Positions 27,280 through 36,434 of a stretch of DNA of 39,653 nt are shown here, piece after piece. The position numbers and the translations under genes were made by a program. The notes under the pieces are model-generated. The model was given only the letters and a program-made list of their open reading frames with translations. It was not told where the DNA came from and did not search any database. Origin of the DNA: Candidatus Tepidifontimicrobium thermophilum. Lineage in GTDB: Bacteria; Sysuimicrobiota; Sysuimicrobiia; Sysuimicrobiales; Sysuimicrobiaceae. How positions within the stretch are numbered: the first letter of the stretch is position 1; each line of letters begins with the position of its first letter. The stretch covers positions 1 to 39,653 of the forward strand of contig JAVKHO010000022.1 of the NCBI GenBank assembly GCA_031459915.1. The letters run 5' to 3'.

Positions 27280-28485
27280 ATGGACAAGCCCGGACGGCAC
27301 TTCCTGCAGATCCCCGGCCCCACCAACCTCCCGGACCGCGTCCTGCGGGCCATGGACCGACCCATCCCTGACCACCGAGGACCGGAGATGCCGCAGCTCC
27401 TGCGGGAGGTCCGGGAAGGCCTGCGGCAGGTGTTCCAGACGCGGACCGGCGAGGTGCTGCTGTTCCCGGGCTCCGGCACCGGTGCGTGGGAGGCTTCCGT
27501 CGTCAACACCCTAGAGCCCGGGGACCGGGTGCTGGCTTTCGACATCGGGCAGTTCAGCCGCCTGTACGCGGAGTGCGCGCGGCGGTTCGGCGTCGACGTG
27601 GACCTCGTGCCGCGCCGGTGGGGCACGGGGGTCCCCGCGGAGGCGGTGTACGACCGTCTCCGCCAGGACCGGGAGCACACGTACCGCGCCGTCCTGGTCG
27701 TGCACAACGAGACTTCTACGGGCGTGACGTCCGACTTGGCGGCGGTCCGCCGGGCCATGGACGCGGCGGGTCACCCTGCCCTGCTGCTGGTGGACGTGGT
27801 GAGTTCCCTGGGGAGCGTCGACTTCCGGTTCGACGAGTGGGGGGTGGACGTGGCCCTCTGCGGCACGCAGAAGGGGCTCATGCTGCCCCCGGGCATGGCC
27901 GTCCTCTGCGTGAGCCCGCGGGCCCTGCAGCGCGGCGAGGAAGTCCGGTCCCCACGGTACTTCTTCGACTGGCGGCCCATGCTGGCGGAGAACCGCCGCG
28001 GCTACTTCCCCTACACGCCGGCCACCCTCCTGCTGTACGGGCTGCGGGAAGCCCTCCGGATGCTCCTGGAAGAGGGCCTGGAGAACGTGTTTGCCCGCCA
28101 CGCGCGCCTCGCCGAGGGCGTCCGGCGGGCCGTGCAGCGGTGGGGGCTGAGGATCCTGTGCGAGGACCCGCGGGAGTACTCCAACACCCTCACCGCGGTG
28201 GTGGTGCCGGACGGTTTCGACGCGGACGCCGTCCTCCGCCTGGCGGAGGAGCGACTGCACCTGTCCTTGGGCACAGGGCTCGGGGAGCTCCGGGGGCGCG
28301 TCTTCCGCATCGGGCACCTAGGGTGGCTTAACGAGCTGGAGGTGCTGGCCACCCTGGCCGGGGTGGAACTCGCCCTGCGCCTGAGCGGCGTGCCCGTCCC
28401 CCTCGGAGAGGGCGTCCGCGCCTGTCAGGAGTTCTTCGCGGACCGCCTGTCGGCCCTGCCCGTCGGGACGGCTCCCGCCAGCTGA
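27280..28485 (+). CDS. sgaA: Serine/alanine--glyoxylate aminotransferase (class V)
   Basis: GRHFLQIPGPTN, DHRGP, HNETSTG, HPALLLVD, DEWGVDV, QKGLMLPPG, FPYTPAT, FRIGHLG match the SgaA/plant AGT1 clade. Confidence 0.88.
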   Translation: MDKPGRHFLQIPGPTNLPDRVLRAMDRPIPDHRGPEMPQLLREVREGLRQVFQTRTGEVLLFPGSGTGAWEASVVNTLEPGDRVLAFDIGQFSRLYAECARRFGVDVDLVPRRWGTGVPAEAVYDRLRQDREHTYRAVLVVHNETSTGVTSDLAAVRRAMDAAGHPALLLVDVVSSLGSVDFRFDEWGVDVALCGTQKGLMLPPGMAVLCVSPRALQRGEEVRSPRYFFDWRPMLAENRRGYFPYTPATLLLYGLREALRMLLEEGLENVFARHARLAEGVRRAVQRWGLRILCEDPREYSNTLTAVVVPDGFDADAVLRLAEERLHLSLGTGLGELRGRVFRIGHLGWLNELEVLATLAGVELALRLSGVPVPLGEGVRACQEFFADRLSALPVGTAPAS

Positions 28486-28492
28486 CGGACGG

Positions 28493-28903
28493 CTATGCGG
28501 GGACCCCGCGGGGCTTCACGTTCTCCCGCACCCACTGGACGATTTCCGCCAGCGAGGTCCCGGGCGTGAAGACCTCCCGAATCCCCATGGCCTTCAGGGC
28601 GGCGATGTCGTCGTCCGGGATGATGCCCCCGGCGAAGACCACGATGTCGTCTACGCCCCGCTGCCGCAGCAGCTCCAGGATGCGGGGGAACAGGGCCATG
28701 TGGGCGCCAGACAGGATGGACAGGCCGATGGCGTCCACGTCCTCCTGGATGGCGGCGGTCACGATCATCTCGGGGGTCTGGTGCAGCCCGGTGTAGATCA
28801 CCTCGAAGCCCGCGTCCCGCAGCGCCCGCGCCACCACCTTGGCGCCGCGGTCGTGGCCGTCCAGGCCGGGCTTGGCGATGAGGATGCGGATCCGCTCCTG
28901 CAT
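28493..28903 (-). CDS. Cobalamin-binding subunit of a methylmalonyl-CoA mutase-like enzyme (stand-alone)
   Basis: [13 protein letters not shown] (DxHxxG), [19 protein letters not shown]. Confidence 0.92.
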   Translation of the reverse strand: MQERIRILIAKPGLDGHDRGAKVVARALRDAGFEVIYTGLHQTPEMIVTAAIQEDVDAIGLSILSGAHMALFPRILELLRQRGVDDIVVFAGGIIPDDDIAALKAMGIREVFTPGTSLAEIVQWVRENVKPRGVPA

Positions 28904-28946
28904 GCACCTCCCTCCCGGCGTCCATGGTACCGGGAAAGCTCCCGCC

Positions 28947-30296
28947 TCAGAACTCCGTGACCCCGGTGAAGGTGAACTCGCCGATCCGGACTGCCGGGAC
29001 CCGGAACGCGCCGAACCGGTCGCCCAGCAGGTACGTCTCGGAGCCCACCCGCTCCACCGAGGCCAGCGCCTGCACGTACCCCTGGGTGAACCGCAGGTTG
29101 CGGACCGGGTAGGCCACCTCGCCCCTCTCCACCCAGAACACTCCGTCCCGGGTCATCCCCGTGACCACACAGTCTCCCGGGTGCACCAGGCGCGTGTACC
29201 AGAACCGCGTGACGTACAGACCCCGGTCCAGGCCGCGGACCAGCTCGTCCACGGACGCGTCTCCGGGTGCCAGGAAGACGTGGGAGGGCACAGGGCCCAT
29301 GGCTGCGGCCTCGGGCCAGGCCCTGGGGAGGGCGTGTCCGGTGGACGCCTTCCCTTCCCGAGCCGCGGTCTGGGTGTCGTACACGGGCCCTCGGGGGACG
29401 CCCCGGTCCACGATCACCACCCGCTGCCGGGGAACGCCCTCGAAGTCAAAGGGCAGGGGGATGGTGTCAGGGTCCCCACCGTCGTCCCACACGGTCACCT
29501 GCTCCGACAGGGCACGCGTCCCCAGGCGGCCGTTCATCCAGCTGCGGCCCTCCTGGACCGCAAGAGCTCCAGCTCCCGCGTAGGTCAGCCAGCCCACCAC
29601 GTCCTGCACCGCGTACGGGTCCAGCACCACCGGGTAAGCAGCAGGCGGGAGCTTCCTGGGGTTGCGGGCGCGCCGGGCCCGGTCCAGGGCCTGGCGGCCC
29701 AGGTCCACCACGTCGAACTCCTCGAGCCTCCAGCCGGCCCGCTCCGCATACCCCGACCCGTCGTCCACCCGCACCACCGCGCTGAAGTTCACCCGGGTCC
29801 CCGCGTGGTAGCAGAACACACCCTTGGAGTTGGCCACCGCCACCTCGTGCACGCCCGTGGCCAGAGCTCCGGCGGCCACGGCACCTTCCGACCGCGCGGC
29901 CCGCAACAGTTCCTCAACCTGCTGCGCGCGCCAGTACGGTGAGGCGGCGGCCGCCGCCTCGTCAAAGGCGTGCACCGCCGCCACCGGCTGCGGGTCCGGC
30001 AGCCCGGGGAAGTCTGGCACCTCGGGCGCTGCGGCCGCGGCGGCGAGGGCCTGGGAGACCGCCCGGTCCAGCGCGTCGGGGTCCATCCGGTTGGTCACCG
30101 CGGACCCCACCCGCCTGCCCGTGGCCACCCGCACCAGGACCTGCGCGTCGTGCTCCGCCACGTTCTGGTGGATGGTGTTGTTGGCGAACCGGGTGAGAGC
30201 TCCGTCCCACGACAGCAGGACGAGCTCGGTCTGGTCCGCGCGGGACCGTCCGAGGGCGTCCTGGAGCAGCTGCCGGACCTTCGCTTCCCCCAGCAT
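28947..30296 (-). CDS. pmbA: TldE/PmbA family protein
   Basis: [44 protein letters not shown]; lacks HExxxH; directly downstream of tldD; ATG at 30296. Confidence 0.88.
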   Translation of the reverse strand: MLGEAKVRQLLQDALGRSRADQTELVLLSWDGALTRFANNTIHQNVAEHDAQVLVRVATGRRVGSAVTNRMDPDALDRAVSQALAAAAAAPEVPDFPGLPDPQPVAAVHAFDEAAAAASPYWRAQQVEELLRAARSEGAVAAGALATGVHEVAVANSKGVFCYHAGTRVNFSAVVRVDDGSGYAERAGWRLEEFDVVDLGRQALDRARRARNPRKLPPAAYPVVLDPYAVQDVVGWLTYAGAGALAVQEGRSWMNGRLGTRALSEQVTVWDDGGDPDTIPLPFDFEGVPRQRVVIVDRGVPRGPVYDTQTAAREGKASTGHALPRAWPEAAAMGPVPSHVFLAPGDASVDELVRGLDRGLYVTRFWYTRLVHPGDCVVTGMTRDGVFWVERGEVAYPVRNLRFTQGYVQALASVERVGSETYLLGDRFGAFRVPAVRIGEFTFTGVTEF

Positions 30297-30298
30297 CG

Positions 30299-31771
30299 CT
30301 ACTGCTTCCCGAACACCCGGACGTTCCGGAACCGCGCCGGGGAGGCCCCGTGCCCGGTGTGGCCCACCTGCATGGGCTCCCCCTTCCCGCAGTTGGGGGT
30401 TCCCCACAAAACCCAGTGGTCCGCGTCGCACACCGCGTCGCAGGACCTCCAGAACTCCGGCGTGATCCCGGTGTAGATGGGGTTCCGGAGCATGCGGGTG
30501 AGCCTGCCCCCGCGGATCTCCCAAGCGATCTCGCACCCGAACTGGAAGTTCAGCCGCCGGTCGTCGATGCTCCACGAACGGTTCGTGTCCATGAAGATGC
30601 CCCGGTCCGTGTCCGCGATGAGGTCTTCCAGTTTCCACGTCCCCGGCAGCAGGTTCACGTTCGTCATCCGGATCATGGGGATCCGGTTCCAGCCGGACGC
30701 CCGGGCGGTGCCGTTGGACTGGCCCGTGACGTACGGGGACGGGCCCAGCAGCCGCAACAGACGCCGCGCGGTCTCCCGGTCCGTGAGGTAGCCCACGAAC
30801 AGGCCCTCCCGCACGATGTCTACCCGCTGCGCGGGAACGCCCTCGTCGTCCCACCCGAACGTGCCCAGCCCGCCTGGGAGGGTGGCGTCCGCGGTGATGT
30901 TCACCACCTCCGACCCGTAACGGAAGTTCCCGAGCTTGTCCGGGGTCAGGAACGACGTCCCCGCGAAGCCCGCCTCGGCTCCGAAAACCCGGTCCAGCTC
31001 GATCGCGTGGCCGCAGGACTCGTGGACCTGCAGGGCCACCTGGCTTCCGCCCAGGATGAGCGTGGTCACGTCCTCAGGACACGGGTCGGCAGAAAGCAGC
31101 GCCACCGCCTCCTCCGCGATCCGGGCGGCGTTGCCCACCAGGTCCTGTTCGGTGACGAACTCCCACCCTCGGGTCTGCTGGTGCCGGCCCACGGAGTTGG
31201 GGTAAGACCGCCGCTGCACCTCACCGTCCCGGACCGCGGTAGCCTGGATCCCGCACCCCGACTCCACGATCTCCTGGGTGATCCAGCTCCCCTCGGTGCT
31301 GGCGAAGGTCTTGCGTTGCCGGATGAACACGAGCTCCGCCTCGGTGGTCGTGACCCCGTGTACGCGGCGCATTTCCCCGTCGGCGCGGAGCAGGAGGTCC
31401 AGTTTCGTCTCCAGCGGCACCTGGAACGGGTCGGTGTGGACCGGTGTGCGGTACGAGCCGCGCTGCACCACCGGCTCCCCCAGGTCCACGTCCTCACGCT
31501 TGGCGAGGGCGCTGGCCCGGGCGATCTCCACCGCCAGCTTCGTCACGCGCTCGGCCTCCTCCAACTCCAGCCGGTGGCTGCTGGCGAACCCCCACGCCCC
31601 GTCCGCCACCACCCGGACCCCGAACCCGGCGTCCTCCGTCCAGCTGACCCCTTGAATTGCACCGTTGCGGACCAGGAGGGCCTGCCGGACGGTCTCCACC
31701 ACCCGCACGTCCGCGTAAGCAGCTCCCGCCAGCTGAGCCACGTTCAGCACCCGCGTCAGGATCTCGTCCAC
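30299..31771 (-). CDS. tldD: TldD family metalloprotease
   Basis: GFGVRV...WGFAS, HESCGH metal motif, DDEG, PMIRMTN, CGKG. Confidence 0.92.
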   Translation of the reverse strand: MDEILTRVLNVAQLAGAAYADVRVVETVRQALLVRNGAIQGVSWTEDAGFGVRVVADGAWGFASSHRLELEEAERVTKLAVEIARASALAKREDVDLGEPVVQRGSYRTPVHTDPFQVPLETKLDLLLRADGEMRRVHGVTTTEAELVFIRQRKTFASTEGSWITQEIVESGCGIQATAVRDGEVQRRSYPNSVGRHQQTRGWEFVTEQDLVGNAARIAEEAVALLSADPCPEDVTTLILGGSQVALQVHESCGHAIELDRVFGAEAGFAGTSFLTPDKLGNFRYGSEVVNITADATLPGGLGTFGWDDEGVPAQRVDIVREGLFVGYLTDRETARRLLRLLGPSPYVTGQSNGTARASGWNRIPMIRMTNVNLLPGTWKLEDLIADTDRGIFMDTNRSWSIDDRRLNFQFGCEIAWEIRGGRLTRMLRNPIYTGITPEFWRSCDAVCDADHWVLWGTPNCGKGEPMQVGHTGHGASPARFRNVRVFGKQ

Positions 31772-31814
31772 GGTACCTCCCGATTCCCACCCGGTCCCGG
31801 GGAGCGCTGCGGCG

Positions 31815-32690
31815 TCACGGAGCCAGGGTCTCCAGTGGCCGGGGAGCCACCACCTCGCCCTGGCCCTCCAGCAGGAGGCCGACTCCGAGCTCCTTCGCCA
31901 CCTGGACCACCCTCCGCTCTGCCGTCAGGCCGAAGACCACAGGCCAGACGGGCGCTTTCACTCCCTCCTGCTCCAGACGCCGCCGGACCTCCGCCCGGCG
32001 CAAGGTGTTCGCCAGGTCGTACACGTCCCCGGGCTGCAGCCGCACCTTGGCGGACACCAACACCCACACCACACCCTGGGGGCCCTGTGCCCGCGTGACC
32101 CCGTCGAACTCCGTCAGGCCATCGAGGGACCACGCGAGAACCGGGTCCAGCACCACCAGCCCGCGTGACTCCAGCCACCTCTTGACCGTCGGTACCATCC
32201 GCGCCTCCGCGGTCGCACCCACCACCTGAGCAAAACGGTCCTGGTTCCGCTGCAACAGCTCCAGCCGCCGCCCGAAGTCCTCCTGCATGGTTCGCTGAGC
32301 GCGGGCCAGCTCGAGGACAGCCTCCTCCAGCCGTGCCAGCCGCTCCTCCGACCGGATCTGCGCCTCCTCCAGCCGCGCCAGCCGCTCCTCCGACCGGATC
32401 TGCGCCTCCTCCAGCCGCGCCAGCCGCTCCTCCGACCGAATCTGCGCCTCCTCCAGCCGCGCCAGCCGCTCCTCCGACCGGATCTGCGCCTCCTCCAGCC
32501 GCGCCAGCCGCTCCTCACCCCTACGATGGGCTTCCGTGAGCTGGCGCACCTCCTCACCTAGCTCCCGCAGCAGCCGCGGCAGACTCAGCAGCTCCTCGCC
32601 CAGCAGGACAGCCCGCAGCTGAGCCCTCCACTCCGGGTGCTCCTGGAGCAGACGCAGAAGGCCAGAAAAGTCCTCTACCGTGAAGGCCAC
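31815..32690 (-). CDS. Hypothetical protein: conserved helical N-terminus, 14-aa tandem coiled-coil repeats and a C-terminal PD-(D/E)XK-like domain
   Basis: N-terminus MAFTVEDF..LLRLLQEHPEWRAQLR..LL.EELL.LP; RLARLEEAQIRSEE repeats; C-terminal E..EFDG...WVLVSAK..L..GDV followed by PVVFG. Confidence 0.75.
   Translation of the reverse strand: MAFTVEDFSGLLRLLQEHPEWRAQLRAVLLGEELLSLPRLLRELGEEVRQLTEAHRRGEERLARLEEAQIRSEERLARLEEAQIRSEERLARLEEAQIRSEERLARLEEAQIRSEERLARLEEAVLELARAQRTMQEDFGRRLELLQRNQDRFAQVVGATAEARMVPTVKRWLESRGLVVLDPVLAWSLDGLTEFDGVTRAQGPQGVVWVLVSAKVRLQPGDVYDLANTLRRAEVRRRLEQEGVKAPVWPVVFGLTAERRVVQVAKELGVGLLLEGQGEVVAPRPLETLAP
32321..32516. repeat. Coding tandem repeat, 42-bp unit, 4 full copies plus a 28-bp partial copy
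   Basis: Unit CCTCCTCCAGCCGCGCCAGCCGCTCCTCCGACCGGATCTGCG at 32321, 32363, 32405, 32447 and partial at 32489; two single-base variants seen. Confidence 0.95.
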
Positions 32691-32702
32691 GTCAAGCCCA
32701 TT

Positions 32703-33488
32703 CTAACTGAGCTGCGGAAACTTTCCGCCCGCGGTCCGGCGCAACAGGTCCCGGAGCACGGGGATTGCCTCGACCTTGCGGGCGGTCAGGTGCCCTACCA
32801 GGATCCCGGGCGGCCGTGGGCCCGCCGGGGTGCGCAGCACCTCCTCCGGGGTCACGATCAGGTCCACGCGGAAGTCGTGCTCGGTCTCCGGCAGGTCGTC
32901 CGTGAGGATCTGGAGGGGGTGCACCGTCGTGGCGACCACTGTCTCGTCGTCCACCAGGCCGAACTCCCGCAACAACCCGAACTCCAGGTCCGAGTAACCG
33001 CCGCCCTTGCCCACCCGTGCGCCCTGCCGGTTCACCGCCACGCTCCCGCACACCACGAGGTCCACGCGGACCATCTCCGCCAAGCCGACGGGGCGGCCGT
33101 GCCGGAAGGCGCCGCGGATGGAGGCCGCATCTCGGGGGCGCGAGCGGAGCCGGGCCGGGTCCACGCACACGAAGGGTTCCGGCTTTGCCAGCCGGGGGAC
33201 CGCCACGTACAGCAGCTTGCCTTCGGCCAGGGCACGGGTCCGCACGGGCAACTGCGGGCGGTCGGGGTTGGCCTTCACTACCCGTGCACGCCGCCACTCT
33301 TCCGTAGAAGCGAGTCGCTGAGCCGCTTCCTCCGCACCCTGGAAGTTCGGGATCCGGCCCCAGGCACCGGGGAAGCGCGCCACACCCCGGTCCGCGAGCA
33401 GGCGCCACACCCGCTCCCGGACCGCTTGCTTGGCCTGCTCCACCTCCGTGGTGGCAGCCTCGTGGGACCGTCCAGTGCGTCCCCTCAC
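32703..33488 (-). CDS. 5-formyltetrahydrofolate cyclo-ligase paralogue (MTHFSD-like)
   Basis: GRIPNFQGA, KANPDRPQ, DLVVCGSVAV, GARVGKGGGYSDLE, TTVHPLQ, HDFRVDLIVTP. Confidence 0.88.
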   Translation of the reverse strand: MRGRTGRSHEAATTEVEQAKQAVRERVWRLLADRGVARFPGAWGRIPNFQGAEEAAQRLASTEEWRRARVVKANPDRPQLPVRTRALAEGKLLYVAVPRLAKPEPFVCVDPARLRSRPRDAASIRGAFRHGRPVGLAEMVRVDLVVCGSVAVNRQGARVGKGGGYSDLEFGLLREFGLVDDETVVATTVHPLQILTDDLPETEHDFRVDLIVTPEEVLRTPAGPRPPGILVGHLTARKVEAIPVLRDLLRRTAGGKFPQLS

Positions 33489-33594
33489 CGCGAACTCCCG
33501 CCCCCTTTGTCCGCCGGCCGCCGCGGGCCTGCTACTGTCTGCGGACGCCTCCCGGGAACACGCCTCCCACAGGCGCGCGACTCCTGCGGCGCGG

Positions 33595-34404
33595 TTAGTG
33601 TGGCCGGCCCCGTACCACCTTCCGCTCCAGCGCCTGCAGTCCCCAGGTAGAGAGGACTCCCAGGGCGGACAGCACCACGATGGCGGCCAGCAGCTTGGAC
33701 GTCTGCATCAGGTCACCGGCGTGCAGGATGGTAAAGCCGATGCCGGTGGCCGCGGCGATCATCTCCGCGGACACCACCAGGAGCAGCGACATCCCCGCGG
33801 CCAGGCGGAACCCTGCGAACATGACGGGCAACGATGCGGGCAGCCGCACCTTGGTGACCACCTGAAAGGGGGACGCTCCCAGGCTCACCGCCGCCCTCAC
33901 GAGCTGAGGGTCGGTGCCCCGGATTCCCGCCATGGTCCCCACCGCCACCGGGAAAAAGGCCCCGATGGCGATGACCGCCACCTTGGAAGCTTCCCCGATG
34001 CCCAGCCACAGCACCAGCAACGGCAGCAGCGCGATCTTCGGGATGGGGTAGGTGGCCGCGATCAGAGGGTCCACCACCGCCTCCGCCAGGGGCGACACCG
34101 CGGCCACGGTCCCCACCACCACGCCGGCCCCGGTCCCCAGCAGGAAGCCCAGGACGATCCGGACCAGGCTGGCCTGCAGGCTCCTCCACAGCTCCCCGCC
34201 CGTCGCCATCCCCAACAGCTCCGCGGCCACCGCGGTGGGAGGCGGGAGGAACACCGCGGGGATCCCGCCGAGCCTCGTGGCCAGCTCCCACGCTACGACC
34301 ACACCCGCGAGGGAGGCCGCCCGCACCGCGGGGCGCCACCCGCCCTCGGCCCGCTCTGCCCGGGCCTCCAGGACCACCACGTCACGCCGGGCTTCCGTCG
34401 CCAT
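33595..34404 (-). CDS. NitT/TauT/SsuC-type ABC transporter permease
   Basis: LPPP, YPIPKIALLPL, RAAVSLGAS, LPASLP, VVSAEM. Confidence 0.9.
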   Translation of the reverse strand: MATEARRDVVVLEARAERAEGGWRPAVRAASLAGVVVAWELATRLGGIPAVFLPPPTAVAAELLGMATGGELWRSLQASLVRIVLGFLLGTGAGVVVGTVAAVSPLAEAVVDPLIAATYPIPKIALLPLLVLWLGIGEASKVAVIAIGAFFPVAVGTMAGIRGTDPQLVRAAVSLGASPFQVVTKVRLPASLPVMFAGFRLAAGMSLLLVVSAEMIAAATGIGFTILHAGDLMQTSKLLAAIVVLSALGVLSTWGLQALERKVVRGRPH

Positions 34405-35185
34405 GCGTCTCCTCCAGCGCCGCGCGCGCTTCCTCTTTCAGGCTGGACCAGATGCGGTGGCAGAACCGGCCGAACTCCGGGTCCGCGAGCAGCGCCTCCG
34501 TGCGCGGCCTCGGAAAGGGCACCGAAAGCACTTCCCGCACACGGCCTGGCCTCCGGGACATCACCACCACCCGGTCGCTCAGGAACACCGCCTCCTGGAT
34601 GTTGTGGGTCACGTACAGCACCGTCTTGCGCGTGGTCTCCCACAGGCGCAGGATGTCCTCCTGCAGGAGCTGCCGGGTCTGGGCGTCCAGGGCCGACAGG
34701 GGCTCGTCCATCAGGAGCACCGCGGGGTCCACGCACAGGGCCCGGGCGATCCCGACCCGTTGCCGCATCCCCCCGGACAGCTCGTGTGGGTACCGGGACT
34801 CGAACCCCGAGAGCCCCACCTGGCGGACCAGGGCCGCGGCCCGCTCCAGCCGCTCCGCGCGGCCCACCCCGCGGACCTCCAGGCCGAAGGCCACGTTGTC
34901 CAGCACCGTCCTCCACGGGAAGAGCGCGAACTCCTGGAAGACCACCGCGGTCCGGGGACGGCCACCCGCGTCCCCCTCGAACACCACACGTCCGGAGGTG
35001 GGAGGGAGGAGCCCCGCGGCGATGAGCAGCAGGGTGGACTTGCCGCAGCCGCTGGGGCCCACCAGGGACACGAACTCGGAACTCGCCACCGCCAGGTCTA
35101 CCCCGGCCAGGGCCGGGACTTCGGTCCCGTCGCGCCTGCGGTACGTCTTGTGCACCGACTCGAACCGGACCTGCACGCCCTGCAC
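34382..35185 (-). CDS. NitT/TauT/SsuB-type ABC transporter ATP-binding protein
   Basis: GPSGCGKST, LFPW, YPHELSGGMRQR, LMDEPLSALD, VTH. Confidence 0.93.
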   Translation of the reverse strand: MQGVQVRFESVHKTYRRRDGTEVPALAGVDLAVASSEFVSLVGPSGCGKSTLLLIAAGLLPPTSGRVVFEGDAGGRPRTAVVFQEFALFPWRTVLDNVAFGLEVRGVGRAERLERAAALVRQVGLSGFESRYPHELSGGMRQRVGIARALCVDPAVLLMDEPLSALDAQTRQLLQEDILRLWETTRKTVLYVTHNIQEAVFLSDRVVVMSRRPGRVREVLSVPFPRPRTEALLADPEFGRFCHRIWSSLKEEARAALEETHGDGSPA

Positions 35186-35237
35186 CTCGGCCCGCAGGCT
35201 GCCTCACTCCGGGTCCTCGGGCGCCGGAAACCCGCAG

Positions 35238-36251
35238 TTACCGGCCGAGCTGCCGTACGGCCTCGTTCACGAAGCTCGTGTCCACGAACTGCTGCACGGA
35301 AAGGGGCCGCTGCAGCATGCCGTTCTGCAGGTACCAGGCGATCTGCCGCTCGATGTCCAGCAGGTACAGCCGCGCGTCCCGGTCGATGTACGGCAGCGAC
35401 TTCCGCACGGCAGACTCCGGTGCGCCGACCACCCGCGCCGTCACGCGCACGATGGACTCGCACAGGGGCCCGCGGGTCCTGCGCAGGCAGCTGTCGTGGT
35501 ACTCCCGGGTCGCCCGCACGTACGCCTTCATGAAGGCCACGCCCAGGTCGCGGTTCTGCCGCATCCGATCGCCGTAGAACACCCCCGTCACCTGGTTGAC
35601 CAGCCTGTCGCCCACGTAGAACAGGACCTTGCCCCAGCCCTCCTCCTCGGCCACCGCACCCCACGGGGGCGACAAAATGGCCGCGGCGACCTGGCCTGCT
35701 CGCAGGGCCTGCACCACCAGGGACAGGTCCCGCAAAGGCACCAGTTCCACATCCTGGGGAGTCAGGCGCTCGCGCTCCAGGAGCTTCGCAATCTGGTAGT
35801 GAAAGGTCGAGCCCAGGGTCGTGAGTCCCACGCGTTTGCCCCGCAGGTCCCGCAGGCTACGGACCCCGGCCTCGTAGCTCGACCGGGGCACCACCACCGC
35901 GTTCAACGGGTAACCGGGCCGCTCCTGGCCCCGGTCCGCCACCAGCCAGATCTTGGCGCCCCCCGCGGCCAGGTTGAAAAGGGTGCCCGTGATCCCCGTG
36001 GCGCCCACCTCCACGTCGCCCGATGCGGTGGCGGTGGCCACCGGGGCCGCGGCCCCGAAGTACACCATCCGCACGTCCAGCCCCTCCTGCCGGAAGTACC
36101 CGCGCTCGTCGGCCCAGAACAGTGGGGCCCCGCCCACCAGCTTCAGGGTCCCCACCCGGACGGTGACCGGCGCCTGACCCGCCGCCGCCCCGCTTAGAAC
36201 CAGTACGGCCACGAGGACTGCTCCGTAGCGCACGACGCTCACCCGCATCAC
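35238..36251 (-). CDS. NMT1/SsuA-like ABC transporter substrate-binding protein
   Basis: Signal peptide (AAG/Q); GYFRQEGLDV; DLRGKRVG..TLGS; AFMKAY; first gene of the transporter operon. Confidence 0.85.
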   Translation of the reverse strand: MMRVSVVRYGAVLVAVLVLSGAAAGQAPVTVRVGTLKLVGGAPLFWADERGYFRQEGLDVRMVYFGAAAPVATATASGDVEVGATGITGTLFNLAAGGAKIWLVADRGQERPGYPLNAVVVPRSSYEAGVRSLRDLRGKRVGLTTLGSTFHYQIAKLLERERLTPQDVELVPLRDLSLVVQALRAGQVAAAILSPPWGAVAEEEGWGKVLFYVGDRLVNQVTGVFYGDRMRQNRDLGVAFMKAYVRATREYHDSCLRRTRGPLCESIVRVTARVVGAPESAVRKSLPYIDRDARLYLLDIERQIAWYLQNGMLQRPLSVQQFVDTSFVNEAVRQLGR

Positions 36252-36434
36252 TCCCTCCCGACCGGCGCGCCTGGGCGGCGCGTCCGCACGACAGATAGTG
36301 TAACGCAGGGCCTCCCGTCCGCCGCGAGCCAGCGGTGCGGGCTCTCAGCTCCCTCCGCCCACGTCCCTCAGGCAGAGCCCGCCGGGGGACGGGTCTCACG
36401 AGTAGCACCGCAGGCGACAGGCACGGCGCTGTCC

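Noticed and set aside
32321..32516. 42-bp repeats as a CRISPR array
   Set aside because: The units are head-to-tail with no unique spacers, lie in frame inside a CDS, and no cas genes are present.
33489..33594. THF or ZTP riboswitch upstream of the 5-FCL paralogue
   Set aside because: No recognisable consensus; only a short GGGAGGCGT direct repeat.
36252..36434. TPP riboswitch upstream of the NMT1-like binding protein
   Set aside because: Only GCTGAGA is present; the ACCTGA…TAAT…GCG.AGG core is missing.
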